DNA of 64,000 nt from Candidatus Portnoybacteria bacterium RBG_19FT_COMBO_36_7 (GCA_001819495.1 MHMW01000018.1:3322-67321); one strand, 5' to 3'. Positions 1 through 9,754 are shown, counted from the first letter of the stretch. Program-made: numbers and translations. Notes: generated by a model from the sequence alone, not told the origin.

Positions 1-1202
1 CCGACCATCAGCACCCCAAAAAGGGCCATGTTCAAAAAATCTATGCGCTTGCGCCTGAATGCCCGCCAAAGAGTCGCAAACACTGCGCCAAAGATCGCCA
101 GATAGCTTAAAAATCCGAGAATTCCGGTGGTTATCAGGGTGTCAAAAACAATGTTATGCGCCCGGTCAAACCAATTTTCAGTCGGAAATAAATTCGGGTC
201 GTAATATCTGTTAAAAACAGTGGCATAATTCTCCCAGCCCCAGCCCAATATCGGCCGCGCGGCCAAACCTTTCAAGCTCATTTTCCAGGCCAGCAACCTT
301 GTCTGAACGTCCATGCCAGAAAGCGATATTGTGGTCATGCGTGAAAGCGTCACCGAGCTTCTGATAAAATCGGTATTTCTAAGCATATAGACGGAAGCGC
401 CAAAAACAACAGACAGGATAAGCGAAATCAGCGCTATTTTTTTTATTTTCCGGCGGAATTTTGCCATAAATTCCTTTTCTTCCTGCCCTTTGGGCCAAAA
501 AGCCAACGCCAAAAAAAACAAGATTACCGAAACTGCCAAGCCGACAACAGCACCTCTGGTCTCGGTCCAGTAAAGCATCAGGATGCTGAATAAAAACGCA
601 ACGCCGTAATATATTTTCCAGTTTTTTGACTGCTTCTGGAAAAACATAAAGACAATGAAAAAAAGAACGAATAAAAGATAGGCGGCAAAATAAGCCGGGT
701 TACCAAAAGTTGAGGAAACTCTTCCCTGGCCTGCCAGAAGAAAGCTTTGAATGTTCAGTTTCTGGCCGAGGGCAAAAAAAGAAAGAAGCAGGCTGACAGC
801 GATAAAAAAATCAAAAATGAGCAGCCAGTCTTTTTTTGTCTTAAAAACCGAGGCCAAAATCAAAAAATAGGCAAAATAATGCAGAAGGGTGACAATGCCG
901 GTCATTCTTTCATAAGCGCTCCAGAAGCTTAAACCGAAATTGACGCCAAAAATTGAAGCCAAAATGACAATGAACAAAAAAAGCGAAATTGCCCAGAAGA
1001 TCCTTGAGCGCTTCGGCCGGTATTCGGGGCGGCTGATTATCAAAATGAGCCAGAGGAAAAACGCAATTTCAACCACGATCTGGAAAGCGGCGGTTTTGGG
1101 AAAAACAAAGGGAAAAATAAAATCGCTGCTGACAACCAATGGGGCAAAAAGAGAAATTATTATCAGTGCTTTAATAATTGTCGCTAAAGTTTGGCTTTTC
1201 AT
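1..1202 (-). CDS. O-antigen ligase / O-oligosaccharyltransferase-like membrane protein (partial, runs off left edge)
   Basis: Not in the ORF track; read by hand from ATG at 1202 (MKSQTLATIIKALIIISLFAPL...). Contains STFGNPAYFAAY, TETRGA, RPILGWGWENY and FDRAHN, paralogous to the neighbouring 662-aa gene. Confidence 0.85.
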   Translation of the reverse strand, partial: MKSQTLATIIKALIIISLFAPLVVSSDFIFPFVFPKTAAFQIVVEIAFFLWLILIISRPEYRPKRSRIFWAISLFLFIVILASIFGVNFGLSFWSAYERMTGIVTLLHYFAYFLILASVFKTKKDWLLIFDFFIAVSLLLSFFALGQKLNIQSFLLAGQGRVSSTFGNPAYFAAYLLFVLFFIVFMFFQKQSKNWKIYYGVAFLFSILMLYWTETRGAVVGLAVSVILFFLALAFWPKGQEEKEFMAKFRRKIKKIALISLILSVVFGASVYMLRNTDFIRSSVTLSRMTTISLSGMDVQTRLLAWKMSLKGLAARPILGWGWENYATVFNRYYDPNLFPTENWFDRAHNIVFDTLITTGILGFLSYLAIFGAVFATLWRAFRRKRIDFLNMALFGVLMV

Positions 1203-1203
1203 T

Positions 1204-3192
1204 TTATTGATTTAAATTATTATAATACTCTTCTATCTGCCTGCCGATTTCTTCGTCTGTCTGGCGGGCCTGCAAAATTATATTTTCGGCTTTTTCTCTC
1301 TCGTTCTTCAATGAATAAGCCGCCACCAAAATCATATAAGCTTCCTTTTTCATCGGGCTTAATTCTTTAATTTTTTCTCCCTGCTCTATCGCCGAGTCTA
1401 TTCTTTGCTGATCATTGTTTAAAAAATAAAGATTCATCCAGGCCAAAGCAATATAATTGCGCGCCTGAGAAGGCGAGCGGACTATCGTCTCGGCCAAATA
1501 TGATGTTATCAATTTATATAAATTTTCATTTTCAGTCAATTGCGGATCATCCTGGGTACCTTCAAGATACCATAACGCAGCCTGATAGACGATCTCGTCG
1601 GAAGCAAAAGTTTTCTCTTCCACCGCTTTTTCAAGGAGGGGCCCGACTTGACTGTAATTTTGCGATTCAAGAGAAAATATCTGATTGCCTGCAATACTGG
1701 CCGAGATTACCTTAATATTCAAAAAATATACCGAAAAAACAGCGATAATGGCAAAGCTGCCCAATAAAATCTTTTTGCCAAAATTCATTACGGCAGGATA
1801 AGTTCTCGGCTCGGAGGATTGCTCTCTGGCCGCCAGGTAATAAAAATTTATCAGCGCCAGAACAAAAAACAGCATCAAAAAAGAAACAAAAGTATCAAAG
1901 ACAAAAAGATTTTGGACCAAATACGCCAAGAGCAAGCCGACAAGAAAAACCGTCAAAATAAAAATTCTGAAAGTTATTGTGCCGGCCTTGTCTTTTTCTT
2001 CAGGTCTGTTTTTGGTGCCAATAACCTGATAAAAATTTCGCCGGCTGATCTTTTTAAGATAGAAAATAGCTATCGCCATGAGCGCCAGATAGCTTAATAG
2101 CCCCAGCCAGCCGCCCGCCACGCCGTAATCAAAAATAAAATTATGCGCCCGGTCATACCAGGCCTCATAGGGCAGAAGGCGCGCGTCAAAATATTTATTG
2201 ATGGCCACTTCATAATTTTCCGGCCCCCAGCCAAACACCGGCCTCTCCCGCCACGCTTTCCAGGCTTTTTGCCAGAGAATAAGCCGGTTTTGCGCAGTTA
2301 CGTCTTTTAACGATATTGAAGCAAGGCGATTCAAATCGGGATTATTTTGCACAAATGAACTATTTCTGAAAGCAAAGATCAGGCCGCCCAAAATTATAAT
2401 TGCCGCCAAAAAGGCCAAAAAATATTTTCTGAATATTTTGGCCGGGTAAAAAAGCGCAAAAAGAATCAGGTACAATATCGCGCCGGCAAAAAAACCCACA
2501 TATCCGCCTCTTGTGCCTGTCAAAAAAAGCGCGCCAAGCTGAATAAAAAAAGAGGTAACCCATAAAATTGTCTGCTTATCTTTCCAATTTCTTTTTTCTG
2601 CCCAAGAAAGAAAGATTAGATATCCCGCAAAAAATATATTGAATATTAAATAACTAGCCAAGAATGCCGGATTGCCGATAGTGCCAAAAACGCGGCCAGT
2701 CTCGGGCATTGTTGCACCAAGACTGAAAAATCTCTGCAAAATTGCCAACAGACCGACAAAAGAACTGACTGCCACAGAAATCTTAAGCAAATTAACCCAG
2801 CTTTTTTCTGTTTTGAAAATTCCGGCCAGCATCAGAAAAAATGCGCCAAAATGCAGCAGGCCAAAAAAGCCGAGCATCCGCTCAAGATTCCCCCAAAAGC
2901 TTAAATAAGAATCCACGCCAAAAAGAGATGAAAGAAACAAAACCAGCAAAAATGCGCCGACCGCGATTAAAAGCGTGGTTTTTTTTGGCCGGAAAGCCGG
3001 GTATTTCAAGGCCAGGTAAAAATAAAAAAACGCCGAAATCTCAATAAGAATGCGGAAAGAAAATGCCTTGATGGAAGTATAAGGAAAAAGAAGCGAGGCC
3101 GATACAAGAAGTGGAGTTGCCAAGCATAATACCAGCAATATTTTTACCAGCCAGAGAATGCGGTTATCTATTTTGGATAAAATTAAATTCAT
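1204..3192 (-). CDS. O-antigen ligase (Wzy_C) family membrane protein with helical/TPR-like C-terminus
   Basis: Many TM segments; GTIGNPAFLA, TGTRGG, RPVFGWGPENY and YDRAHN motifs. Confidence 0.85.
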   Translation of the reverse strand: MNLILSKIDNRILWLVKILLVLCLATPLLVSASLLFPYTSIKAFSFRILIEISAFFYFYLALKYPAFRPKKTTLLIAVGAFLLVLFLSSLFGVDSYLSFWGNLERMLGFFGLLHFGAFFLMLAGIFKTEKSWVNLLKISVAVSSFVGLLAILQRFFSLGATMPETGRVFGTIGNPAFLASYLIFNIFFAGYLIFLSWAEKRNWKDKQTILWVTSFFIQLGALFLTGTRGGYVGFFAGAILYLILFALFYPAKIFRKYFLAFLAAIIILGGLIFAFRNSSFVQNNPDLNRLASISLKDVTAQNRLILWQKAWKAWRERPVFGWGPENYEVAINKYFDARLLPYEAWYDRAHNFIFDYGVAGGWLGLLSYLALMAIAIFYLKKISRRNFYQVIGTKNRPEEKDKAGTITFRIFILTVFLVGLLLAYLVQNLFVFDTFVSFLMLFFVLALINFYYLAAREQSSEPRTYPAVMNFGKKILLGSFAIIAVFSVYFLNIKVISASIAGNQIFSLESQNYSQVGPLLEKAVEEKTFASDEIVYQAALWYLEGTQDDPQLTENENLYKLITSYLAETIVRSPSQARNYIALAWMNLYFLNNDQQRIDSAIEQGEKIKELSPMKKEAYMILVAAYSLKNEREKAENIILQARQTDEEIGRQIEEYYNNLNQ

Positions 3193-3194
3193 TC

Positions 3195-3320
3195 AAAATT
3201 CCTAATTTCCAATTCCCGATTTCTAATAAAAATCGGAATGTCTAATGCCAAAATTTAAAAATTGAACATTTGAGAATTAGACATTTTATTGAAAATTGGT
3301 AATTGGTAATTGAAAATTTA
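3195..3320. repeat. Degenerate 7-bp tandem repeats in two inverted arms
   Basis: caaaatt-cctaatt-tccaatt-cccgatt on the left; aaaattg-gtaattg-gtaattg-aaaattt on the right. Confidence 0.7.
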
Positions 3321-3338
3321 CAAAAATAATTTTTGAGA

Positions 3339-4037
3339 TTATTTTTGTTGTTTCAGCTCTTCTAAATCCTGCCTGGCGGTCTCGTTATCGGGATTTAGCT
3401 TAACTAATTTTTCATAAAACTGGATTGCCTTTTCGGTCTGATTTGTTAAACGATAATAGGATGCTAAAGAGCTAATGATATTAACATCATCTATAAATTT
3501 ATTTAAGGCTTCTAGCAGCGTCTGTTCATAAAGCGCTTCCTTGCCGGGAATTTTGTAGCGGTAAATATCGGCTAAAGAAAAATAAAAATTTATATCATTG
3601 GGATCATTTTCAATAGCTTTTTTGATATTTTCTTCCGCTTTAGCCGGCTCGTTCAAAAAGTTCGCGTAGAGATCACCTAAATTGGCGAATGGCGAGCTGC
3701 TTTTTGGCCTAATCTGTCCGGCATAGATCCAAACGTCTCTGGCTCCTTCGTAATCATTGACTGTTTTTTTTAATATCCCCAAAGTCACCCAACTGTTAAA
3801 GTCATCTGGGTTTTGCTGCAATTTTGATTTAAGATTTTCAAATTGCCCCTGAAATCTCTGGACATAATCCGCTGATAACATCGTGTCTTTGACCTCAAAA
3901 CTCAATAATTTTTCAACGGATGTCTGTTCGTTTTTTGGCCCGAACCAGTCTACCAGATAGCCTTTTTCATAAACGTAAAAGTTGCCGGCAGCAATTAATA
4001 AGATAACGAAAATGATGGCAAAAAAAATTTTAGACAT
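3339..4037 (-). CDS. Membrane-anchored tetratricopeptide-repeat protein
   Basis: N-terminal TM followed by TPR-like helices (PFANLGDLY, AIQFYEKLVKLNPDN). Confidence 0.8.
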   Translation of the reverse strand: MSKIFFAIIFVILLIAAGNFYVYEKGYLVDWFGPKNEQTSVEKLLSFEVKDTMLSADYVQRFQGQFENLKSKLQQNPDDFNSWVTLGILKKTVNDYEGARDVWIYAGQIRPKSSSPFANLGDLYANFLNEPAKAEENIKKAIENDPNDINFYFSLADIYRYKIPGKEALYEQTLLEALNKFIDDVNIISSLASYYRLTNQTEKAIQFYEKLVKLNPDNETARQDLEELKQQK

Positions 4038-4097
4038 TTATTTAGCACCTTTATAAAAAATCAGCTTTTTTATTCTATCACATTTTTTCAAAAAATG

Positions 4098-4143
4098 AAA
4101 GACCCCCGCTAATCCGCCAACTGGCGGAGGCGGGGGTCTTTTT
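4098..4143 (-). terminator. Intrinsic terminator after the surface-protein gene, with a palindrome in its loop
   Basis: aaagacccccgc...gcgggggtcttt stem enclosing tccgccaactggcgga. Confidence 0.7.
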
Positions 4144-4240
4144 GAATCCCTCACAACTTCCTACGTCCGTCTAAAACGAAACGTACACAAGTGGAAGCGA
4201 GGGCCCGAGTCAGAAAATTTATCCTGAGTTTGTCGAAAGA

Positions 4241-7200
4241 TTAGAAGCTCAATGTCTGAGCGGTCAAGCCGGAAGCCGGCAAGCCTGAAACCAGATAACC
4301 ATTGGTCCAGTCAGCTGTAGCAGTTGAATGAGCTGCTTTGCTGAAATCAGACCAGATAAAGTTATCGTCGACATCTGGAATAGCAGTCGCATCAACCCCC
4401 GCAGCGGTTGTCATATGCGTGCCCCAAGCTTGACGAGGACTGGTATCACCACGCAAATATGTTACCACAGTTGCGTTAGTGGTTGCGCCAGTAACTGTTC
4501 CGCGCACAACGAAATCTCTATAGGTGCCGGCCGAAACCGTCCTAGGAGTCGCTGTGCCGCCCGGAGTGCCGGGAGAAGCCATTAAGACAACATCAATATC
4601 ATTTGTGCTAACACCAGGCATAATAAGTTGAGTGCTGCTGGCATAAAGCACTGTGTTTCCTCCGCTAGTCACATCAACCAAATTAAAGTAAGTGACATTG
4701 GCAACAGTAGTTGAGATGCGGAAGGTAAATTTGTATAAATCGATATCGCCTTTGGCATCAGCCGCTACTCGGAATTTAAGCAAGTCCATATCGCTGTTAC
4801 TCAACTTGGTTGTTGATACATCAAGTTTAGACACGGTCGGAACAGACCTGTAAATATAGGCGTATGGCTGGGCCGTAACTGTGCTGTAGTTGGCGATCTT
4901 TGCGCCCGAAGACATACCAGTCGCTTCGTTTTCTGAAGTGCTGGTTGAAGGCCAGAAGTTAATTGCCAATTGATGACCGGCAATCGCTGTTGGATTACTC
5001 GTATCATCCATACTGGCAATATCAACTTTTATTCTCACCACCTTATCAGTGTTTGCAGGTAATACCAATGGCGTTGTGAAGACAATGGTTGAGCTGGCAT
5101 TAGTTGAGCCGGCTATTGCATTGCCTATTCCAAGCACACTGCCGCCTGCATTCAGCAAGGTTTCGTCTGGACCGTAGACATAGACTTTGGCAATATCATT
5201 ACAGGTTGAGCTGGCAGTCGTTACTGTGTCCCAAGACGAACTGGCTGATGTCAGAGATAAGCGAAGCTTGGTAATGTTAATCTGCTCCGAAGTTGCTCTG
5301 AAGCGCAAAGCGGTCACAATGTTGCCAGTGGTATTAGCAGCAATCAGTCTTCCGGTCGGACTGGAAGAATCCAGAGCCACGCTCCATTGACCGGCTGCCG
5401 CAATTGTCATTATAGCCCCAAATTCAGACGTAGTCGTATTAACCGTAACAGTTTGACCGGTTGAAACGCCAGTCGCTGTCACATTGGTTGTAACGCCATC
5501 TGTAAAGCCCCATCTCTGGGTATTGCCAGTGGCAGCTGTTGCAAGAATATTGCCTTTCACCGCAATTGTCTTTGAAGTCCCTTTGGTAATAACCAGAGGG
5601 TTGTCAAAGGTAACAGTGTTGGCTCCCGGATTAGCCGCAGCGGAAGGAGTGATGATGTTGGAACCCGTATTTAACGCAGTAGTGTCGTCGAATAATTGAA
5701 CGCCAAACACGTCGGTTGCTGTGGTATAAGCATTTCTCAAAACAACTTGAGTAACCCTAACGTCTTCTCCCGAAGCAGATGCATCAAATATAATATTGCT
5801 GAAAATGTAGCCTTGTGTTCCCGCAATGACTGACTGGGCAACAGGAGTACCGCCAATATGAACTGCCAGCGTACCGCCTCTAATAGTCATTATATTGCCG
5901 TAGATATTTGAGTTAGGAGTAACAGTGATGCTGTTGCCGGTGATTGCGCCGGTGGCTCCGGTTATTCTGGTTTGCGGTGTGGCGAATCCGACTGCAATTG
6001 TGTCACCTGCCACAAAATCGGTGCCCACATTACCTTTAACTAAGACCTGGGTTGTACCGACCGGCAAAGAGACAGAACCAGTGAAGGTGGCCGTGCTATC
6101 TGGATTAGCAGTAGTAGTATCTGCTCCACCATTAACAGGGCCGGCTAAAACCGTACCATCGGCTTTAGCTAAGACAATGTTGGTAATATCCGAAGAACTG
6201 CCATTACCGGTTAACGCCCCAGCCGTAATATCAATGTCCAGGATAATGCTGGTTGGTCTTACTTCTTCGCCCTGAACAACAAAATCAAAGGAACCAAGGA
6301 TTTGGCCGGTTGCGCCTCTTGTAATGTTAGCTGTTGGCGCGCCTGTGGTGCTTTTATCAACTCTTAATGCGCCACCGCCGATAGTGACATCTGAGCCGCC
6401 AAAATACGGCGAGGCATTAATATCTATAAAGGTATTGGTGTTGCCAGGAGTCCCATAATCAGTAGTCCCAAAACTTAGCACGATATAATAACCGTAGGTA
6501 TTGCCCTTGACCACAATATCGGTATTCCGATAGATATCAAAGGAAACTGTGCGGCCTGAACCGTTTATTATATCACCCGAGATGGTAAATTCCTTGTTAA
6601 GGCCTTTGGCAATGACAACCCCTGCTCCAAAAGAAGCAGTGTAGTATTTGCCATCGGATGAAACGGTTGTTGCGTAGTCAGTTGTGCCGTCTGAAACCTT
6701 AACATTAGCCAAGTCAGAAGAAGCGGCTGAACCAGATTGATTCCATCTGATTGAAGCAACTGTTACGTCTTCCACCGAACCAGCAGTGATCCTCAAACCG
6801 GAAAATTTAAAGGCTGTTGTGCCAACATTTTTATTGGCACTTGCCGTTAATGGATCTAAACTGCCAACGCTGACGGTGGCCGAGCCAATACTCAAGCTTC
6901 CGTTAATCGTCATGTAGTTGCCGGTAATCGGCAATGCGCCAGACACGCTCGAAGCAGTTGAAACCCCTACTAAGCTTAATGTAACTACCTGCCCGGCATA
7001 AGTGGAAGTTACTGAAGGCATATTGGCGGCAATCAAAATAGATTTGGTTGTGCCGGCCGGAATCGTAATTGTGTCAGGGAATATGGCTTGATGGTTTGCG
7101 TTTAATGCCTGATTAAGGCCAATTTGGCTGTTATCCGCAGTGTCAATCAACATTACAGTTGAAATAGCCGCGTCAACTGCCAAACCTGTTCGCTGAACTG

Positions 7201-7873
7201 TAATGCCGGTAATTGTCACGGCACCGGCTGAAGAAGCAGTCAGATTGACTTTTGTAAAGCCAACGCGGGCTGCACTAGCAGGAGCCATGCCGGCTACTGG
7301 TGTGTCTGAAGCCAAAGCAACAGACAAAGCGCCGGCTGGTCCGGGCGTGATGCCTTCGCCAGACAACGTGCAGGTGGTATCGTCATTGCTGGCTGCGTAA
7401 TTGTCGCGGTCAACCGCATTTATCTGGTATATTGAATCCCAGTCAAACAAGGTATTTGATAAACCGCAGGCTGTAAACGCCTCGGCTGTCATATTTACCC
7501 AGTGTTTTCCGCCAACGTCGCTGTTGGGTGTCGGAAACAGATTGTAGACTTTGGGATCGCCTTCGGCTCTCACCAAAGTAGATTCTATGAATTGATCCAA
7601 CGTTGCCTGATCAACGGTTTTGACGTTCTCCCATTTGAGATGCTGATAGCTGTTGAACACGGTCGGGCTCAAAATCAATCTTTTGAATTGTTTGGAACCG
7701 ACGTATTTTGCGATGTAGATATCAGGGCTAGTGGCGGTTTTAATCATATCGCCTTCATTAACCCCTGTAACTACCGCGCCAGCTGCCAGAGGAGCAAGCA
7801 TCGCTACTCCGCTTACCATGGCAATCGTGGTGAAACTTGTCGTGATAGAAACTAATTTTTTAAGTTTACTCAT
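4241..7873 (-). CDS. Large secreted S/T/G/A-rich surface (S-layer-like) protein
   Basis: 1210 aa with signal peptide; N-terminal GDMIKT..DIY/LVRAEGDPKVY repeats; repeated beta-rich modules; strong SD (GGGAGG) and long leader. Confidence 0.75.
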   Translation of the reverse strand: MSKLKKLVSITTSFTTIAMVSGVAMLAPLAAGAVVTGVNEGDMIKTATSPDIYIAKYVGSKQFKRLILSPTVFNSYQHLKWENVKTVDQATLDQFIESTLVRAEGDPKVYNLFPTPNSDVGGKHWVNMTAEAFTACGLSNTLFDWDSIYQINAVDRDNYAASNDDTTCTLSGEGITPGPAGALSVALASDTPVAGMAPASAARVGFTKVNLTASSAGAVTITGITVQRTGLAVDAAISTVMLIDTADNSQIGLNQALNANHQAIFPDTITIPAGTTKSILIAANMPSVTSTYAGQVVTLSLVGVSTASSVSGALPITGNYMTINGSLSIGSATVSVGSLDPLTASANKNVGTTAFKFSGLRITAGSVEDVTVASIRWNQSGSAASSDLANVKVSDGTTDYATTVSSDGKYYTASFGAGVVIAKGLNKEFTISGDIINGSGRTVSFDIYRNTDIVVKGNTYGYYIVLSFGTTDYGTPGNTNTFIDINASPYFGGSDVTIGGGALRVDKSTTGAPTANITRGATGQILGSFDFVVQGEEVRPTSIILDIDITAGALTGNGSSSDITNIVLAKADGTVLAGPVNGGADTTTANPDSTATFTGSVSLPVGTTQVLVKGNVGTDFVAGDTIAVGFATPQTRITGATGAITGNSITVTPNSNIYGNIMTIRGGTLAVHIGGTPVAQSVIAGTQGYIFSNIIFDASASGEDVRVTQVVLRNAYTTATDVFGVQLFDDTTALNTGSNIITPSAAANPGANTVTFDNPLVITKGTSKTIAVKGNILATAATGNTQRWGFTDGVTTNVTATGVSTGQTVTVNTTTSEFGAIMTIAAAGQWSVALDSSSPTGRLIAANTTGNIVTALRFRATSEQINITKLRLSLTSASSSWDTVTTASSTCNDIAKVYVYGPDETLLNAGGSVLGIGNAIAGSTNASSTIVFTTPLVLPANTDKVVRIKVDIASMDDTSNPTAIAGHQLAINFWPSTSTSENEATGMSSGAKIANYSTVTAQPYAYIYRSVPTVSKLDVSTTKLSNSDMDLLKFRVAADAKGDIDLYKFTFRISTTVANVTYFNLVDVTSGGNTVLYASSTQLIMPGVSTNDIDVVLMASPGTPGGTATPRTVSAGTYRDFVVRGTVTGATTNATVVTYLRGDTSPRQAWGTHMTTAAGVDATAIPDVDDNFIWSDFSKAAHSTATADWTNGYLVSGLPASGLTAQTLSF

Positions 7874-8080
7874 TTTAATGTTTGTTTTTTGATTCCTCCC
7901 GGATTGATTTAAAAATCAAGCAGAGAGTTTTTATGAAGTGCAATCACCTTTCGGTTTTAGATTAATTGCTATCGACATAGCAATCTGTTCTCCCCGCGCT
8001 TTTATAAGCGAGGTGTCCTCGAGGTTTCATTATATTTCCACCCCCCTTATTATAATGACGGGGGTGCACTTCAATTTTTT

Positions 8081-8390
8081 CTTCGACTTCGCTCAAAATA
8101 TTATTAAAATCCTGAGTTTATCGAAGGATTATCTTTTTTATTTTGGCTGATTAAGGAGCTTAGCTCCTTGGGGGCAGCTAAGCTGCCTTCCAAAAAAATA
8201 GAACAAGAACAAACCGCCGGGGAATTTCACCCCGATGGCCGTCGACCTTTTCCTTATTCTTTCCAAATTTTAACGTGTTAAACACTCTAATGTCAAATAA
8301 ATTAATTGTGGATAACCGAACCCATTTTACCCTAAATAACTCATACTAAATGGGTTCGTCCTGACCCCGCTTTTGCGGGAGAAGGATCTA
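8081..8390. repeat. Cluster of short palindromes / REP-like elements
   Basis: cttcgacttcgctca...cctgagtttatcgaagg, aaggagcttagctcctt, ggcagctaagctgcc, cgaacccattt...aaatgggttcg, cccgcttttgcggga. Confidence 0.65.
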
Positions 8391-8399
8391 AAACATAGA

Positions 8400-9599
8400 C
8401 TATTCGTTATTTACGCTTGTGCCAAACACCGAAATATTCAGCCAGACAGGCGGGGTAGTCGTTTCATGGACAAAGTCTATTTCAATATCAATAATGGCAC
8501 TGGGAGTTGAAGTTGCGAAAGGCGTTGTTGCCGGCGAGGTTGTCGCGTTTTCTATCACAGGGTTTTGAACCGGGTCTTGCGTCTCTGGCAAAGAAGCCGC
8601 ATCCACCATCTGCTGGGCGCTTTTTACCATTTCAGTGGCTGTTTTTATAATCGTCAAAGCGCCGGCAAAATCGCCGTTTCTTAAACACTCTAATGCCTGC
8701 TCAATTGCCTTATCGGATTCATCAAGAATAATGGTTGCATTTATCGGCAATTTATCGGAAATTGCCGAATTGCTTACTGTTTCCGAAAGAATATTAGCTA
8801 TTTGTCTGGTTTTCTGGATCTTATCGTCAACTTTAGCCGCGATTTCCGTTTCGCTCATCCCTCCTTCACCCTGCATCTGGACCATCATTTCAAGCGCCCT
8901 TATGCTTGTTTTATCGGCTTCTTCAGTAGCTTCGGCTATTTTATCGGTTAAATTGTTCTTCATATCCGGCGATAGTGCCAATTTTGCCTGACTTAGGCTT
9001 TGTTCGGCTGAAGCAGCACTCTCGTCTATCTTTCTGGCTGCTGCAACTACTTTTTTAGCCTCGGTTTTGCTCAATTTGGGCAATTCGTCTTTTGCGCTTA
9101 AAAGATGGCGCTGCAAGTTATTTACTGCCTCTTCAATTTTGGTCTGTTTTTGTTCCATTGATCCTTCAGTGCTAATAATTTTATTCAGCTCGTCAATCCT
9201 GGCTGAAATCATATCGGTCTGAACCTGAGCTTTGCCTTCGGCAGAAGTCGTGGCAAAAAGTCTTGCTTCTTCCAGCGCGATTTTAACTGGAAAAAGCCTG
9301 TCCCCGGGCAAGCTATTTTTGGCTCCGGCAATAACAGCCAGACTGCTGCTGAACATAAAGCCGAAAATAAGAACAAAAGCCGCTACTGGTTTTAATACGG
9401 GGTGGGGATTTCTGATATAGCACCAAATTGAGACAATTGCCGAAGAAAAATTAAATGCCGGAATTGTTTCTTTTTTGCTATTTTTGGCCATTTCAAGCGT
9501 AATTTTCTCACGGCAAAAAATAACCCAATTTTCATCCGGCTTTATCTTTTTTAATTGATTTAAGCGTTCTATTAGATTGTTTTCGCTTATTTCGCTCAT
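8400..9599 (-). CDS. DUF5667-like membrane-anchored helical protein (candidate anti-sigma factor)
   Basis: SLPGDRLFPVKIALEEARL motif after a TM segment; downstream of an ECF sigma factor. Start moved to ATG 9599 because 9600-9741 is a repeat cassette. Confidence 0.7.
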   Translation of the reverse strand: MSEISENNLIERLNQLKKIKPDENWVIFCREKITLEMAKNSKKETIPAFNFSSAIVSIWCYIRNPHPVLKPVAAFVLIFGFMFSSSLAVIAGAKNSLPGDRLFPVKIALEEARLFATTSAEGKAQVQTDMISARIDELNKIISTEGSMEQKQTKIEEAVNNLQRHLLSAKDELPKLSKTEAKKVVAAARKIDESAASAEQSLSQAKLALSPDMKNNLTDKIAEATEEADKTSIRALEMMVQMQGEGGMSETEIAAKVDDKIQKTRQIANILSETVSNSAISDKLPINATIILDESDKAIEQALECLRNGDFAGALTIIKTATEMVKSAQQMVDAASLPETQDPVQNPVIENATTSPATTPFATSTPSAIIDIEIDFVHETTTPPVWLNISVFGTSVNNE

Positions 9600-9741
9600 C
9601 CAGGTAGTAGAAATTCGACTTGATTTTTTAATTATTGCCAGCCCCGTAGTAGAATTTTGACAAGAACGTAGCTCCAATCCCGTAATGAAAAGTCGAAATT
9701 TCACTACGGGGCCAGGCAGCAGTCGAATTTTCACTACCTGG
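9600..9741. mobile_element. MITE-like cassette (family A) at a start codon, containing a nested cassette
   Basis: Ends ccaggtagtagaaattcgac / gtcgaattttcactacctgg; CAT on both sides (9597-9599, 9742-9744). Confidence 0.8.
9642..9711. mobile_element. Nested 70-bp MITE-like cassette with 4-bp target duplication
   Basis: ccccgtagtagaattttgac...gtcgaaatttcactacgggg flanked by CCAG at 9638-9641 and 9712-9715. Confidence 0.75.
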
Positions 9742-9754
9742 CATTCTAATAAAT

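Noticed and set aside
8307-8315. DnaA box TGTGGATAA as a replication origin
   Set aside because: Single box; no cluster and no dnaA/dnaN nearby.
9600-9734. N-terminal extension MKIRLLPG... of the 444-aa ORF
   Set aside because: Encoded entirely by the repeat cassette; ATG 9599 is the likelier start. The same applies to 11936-12001.
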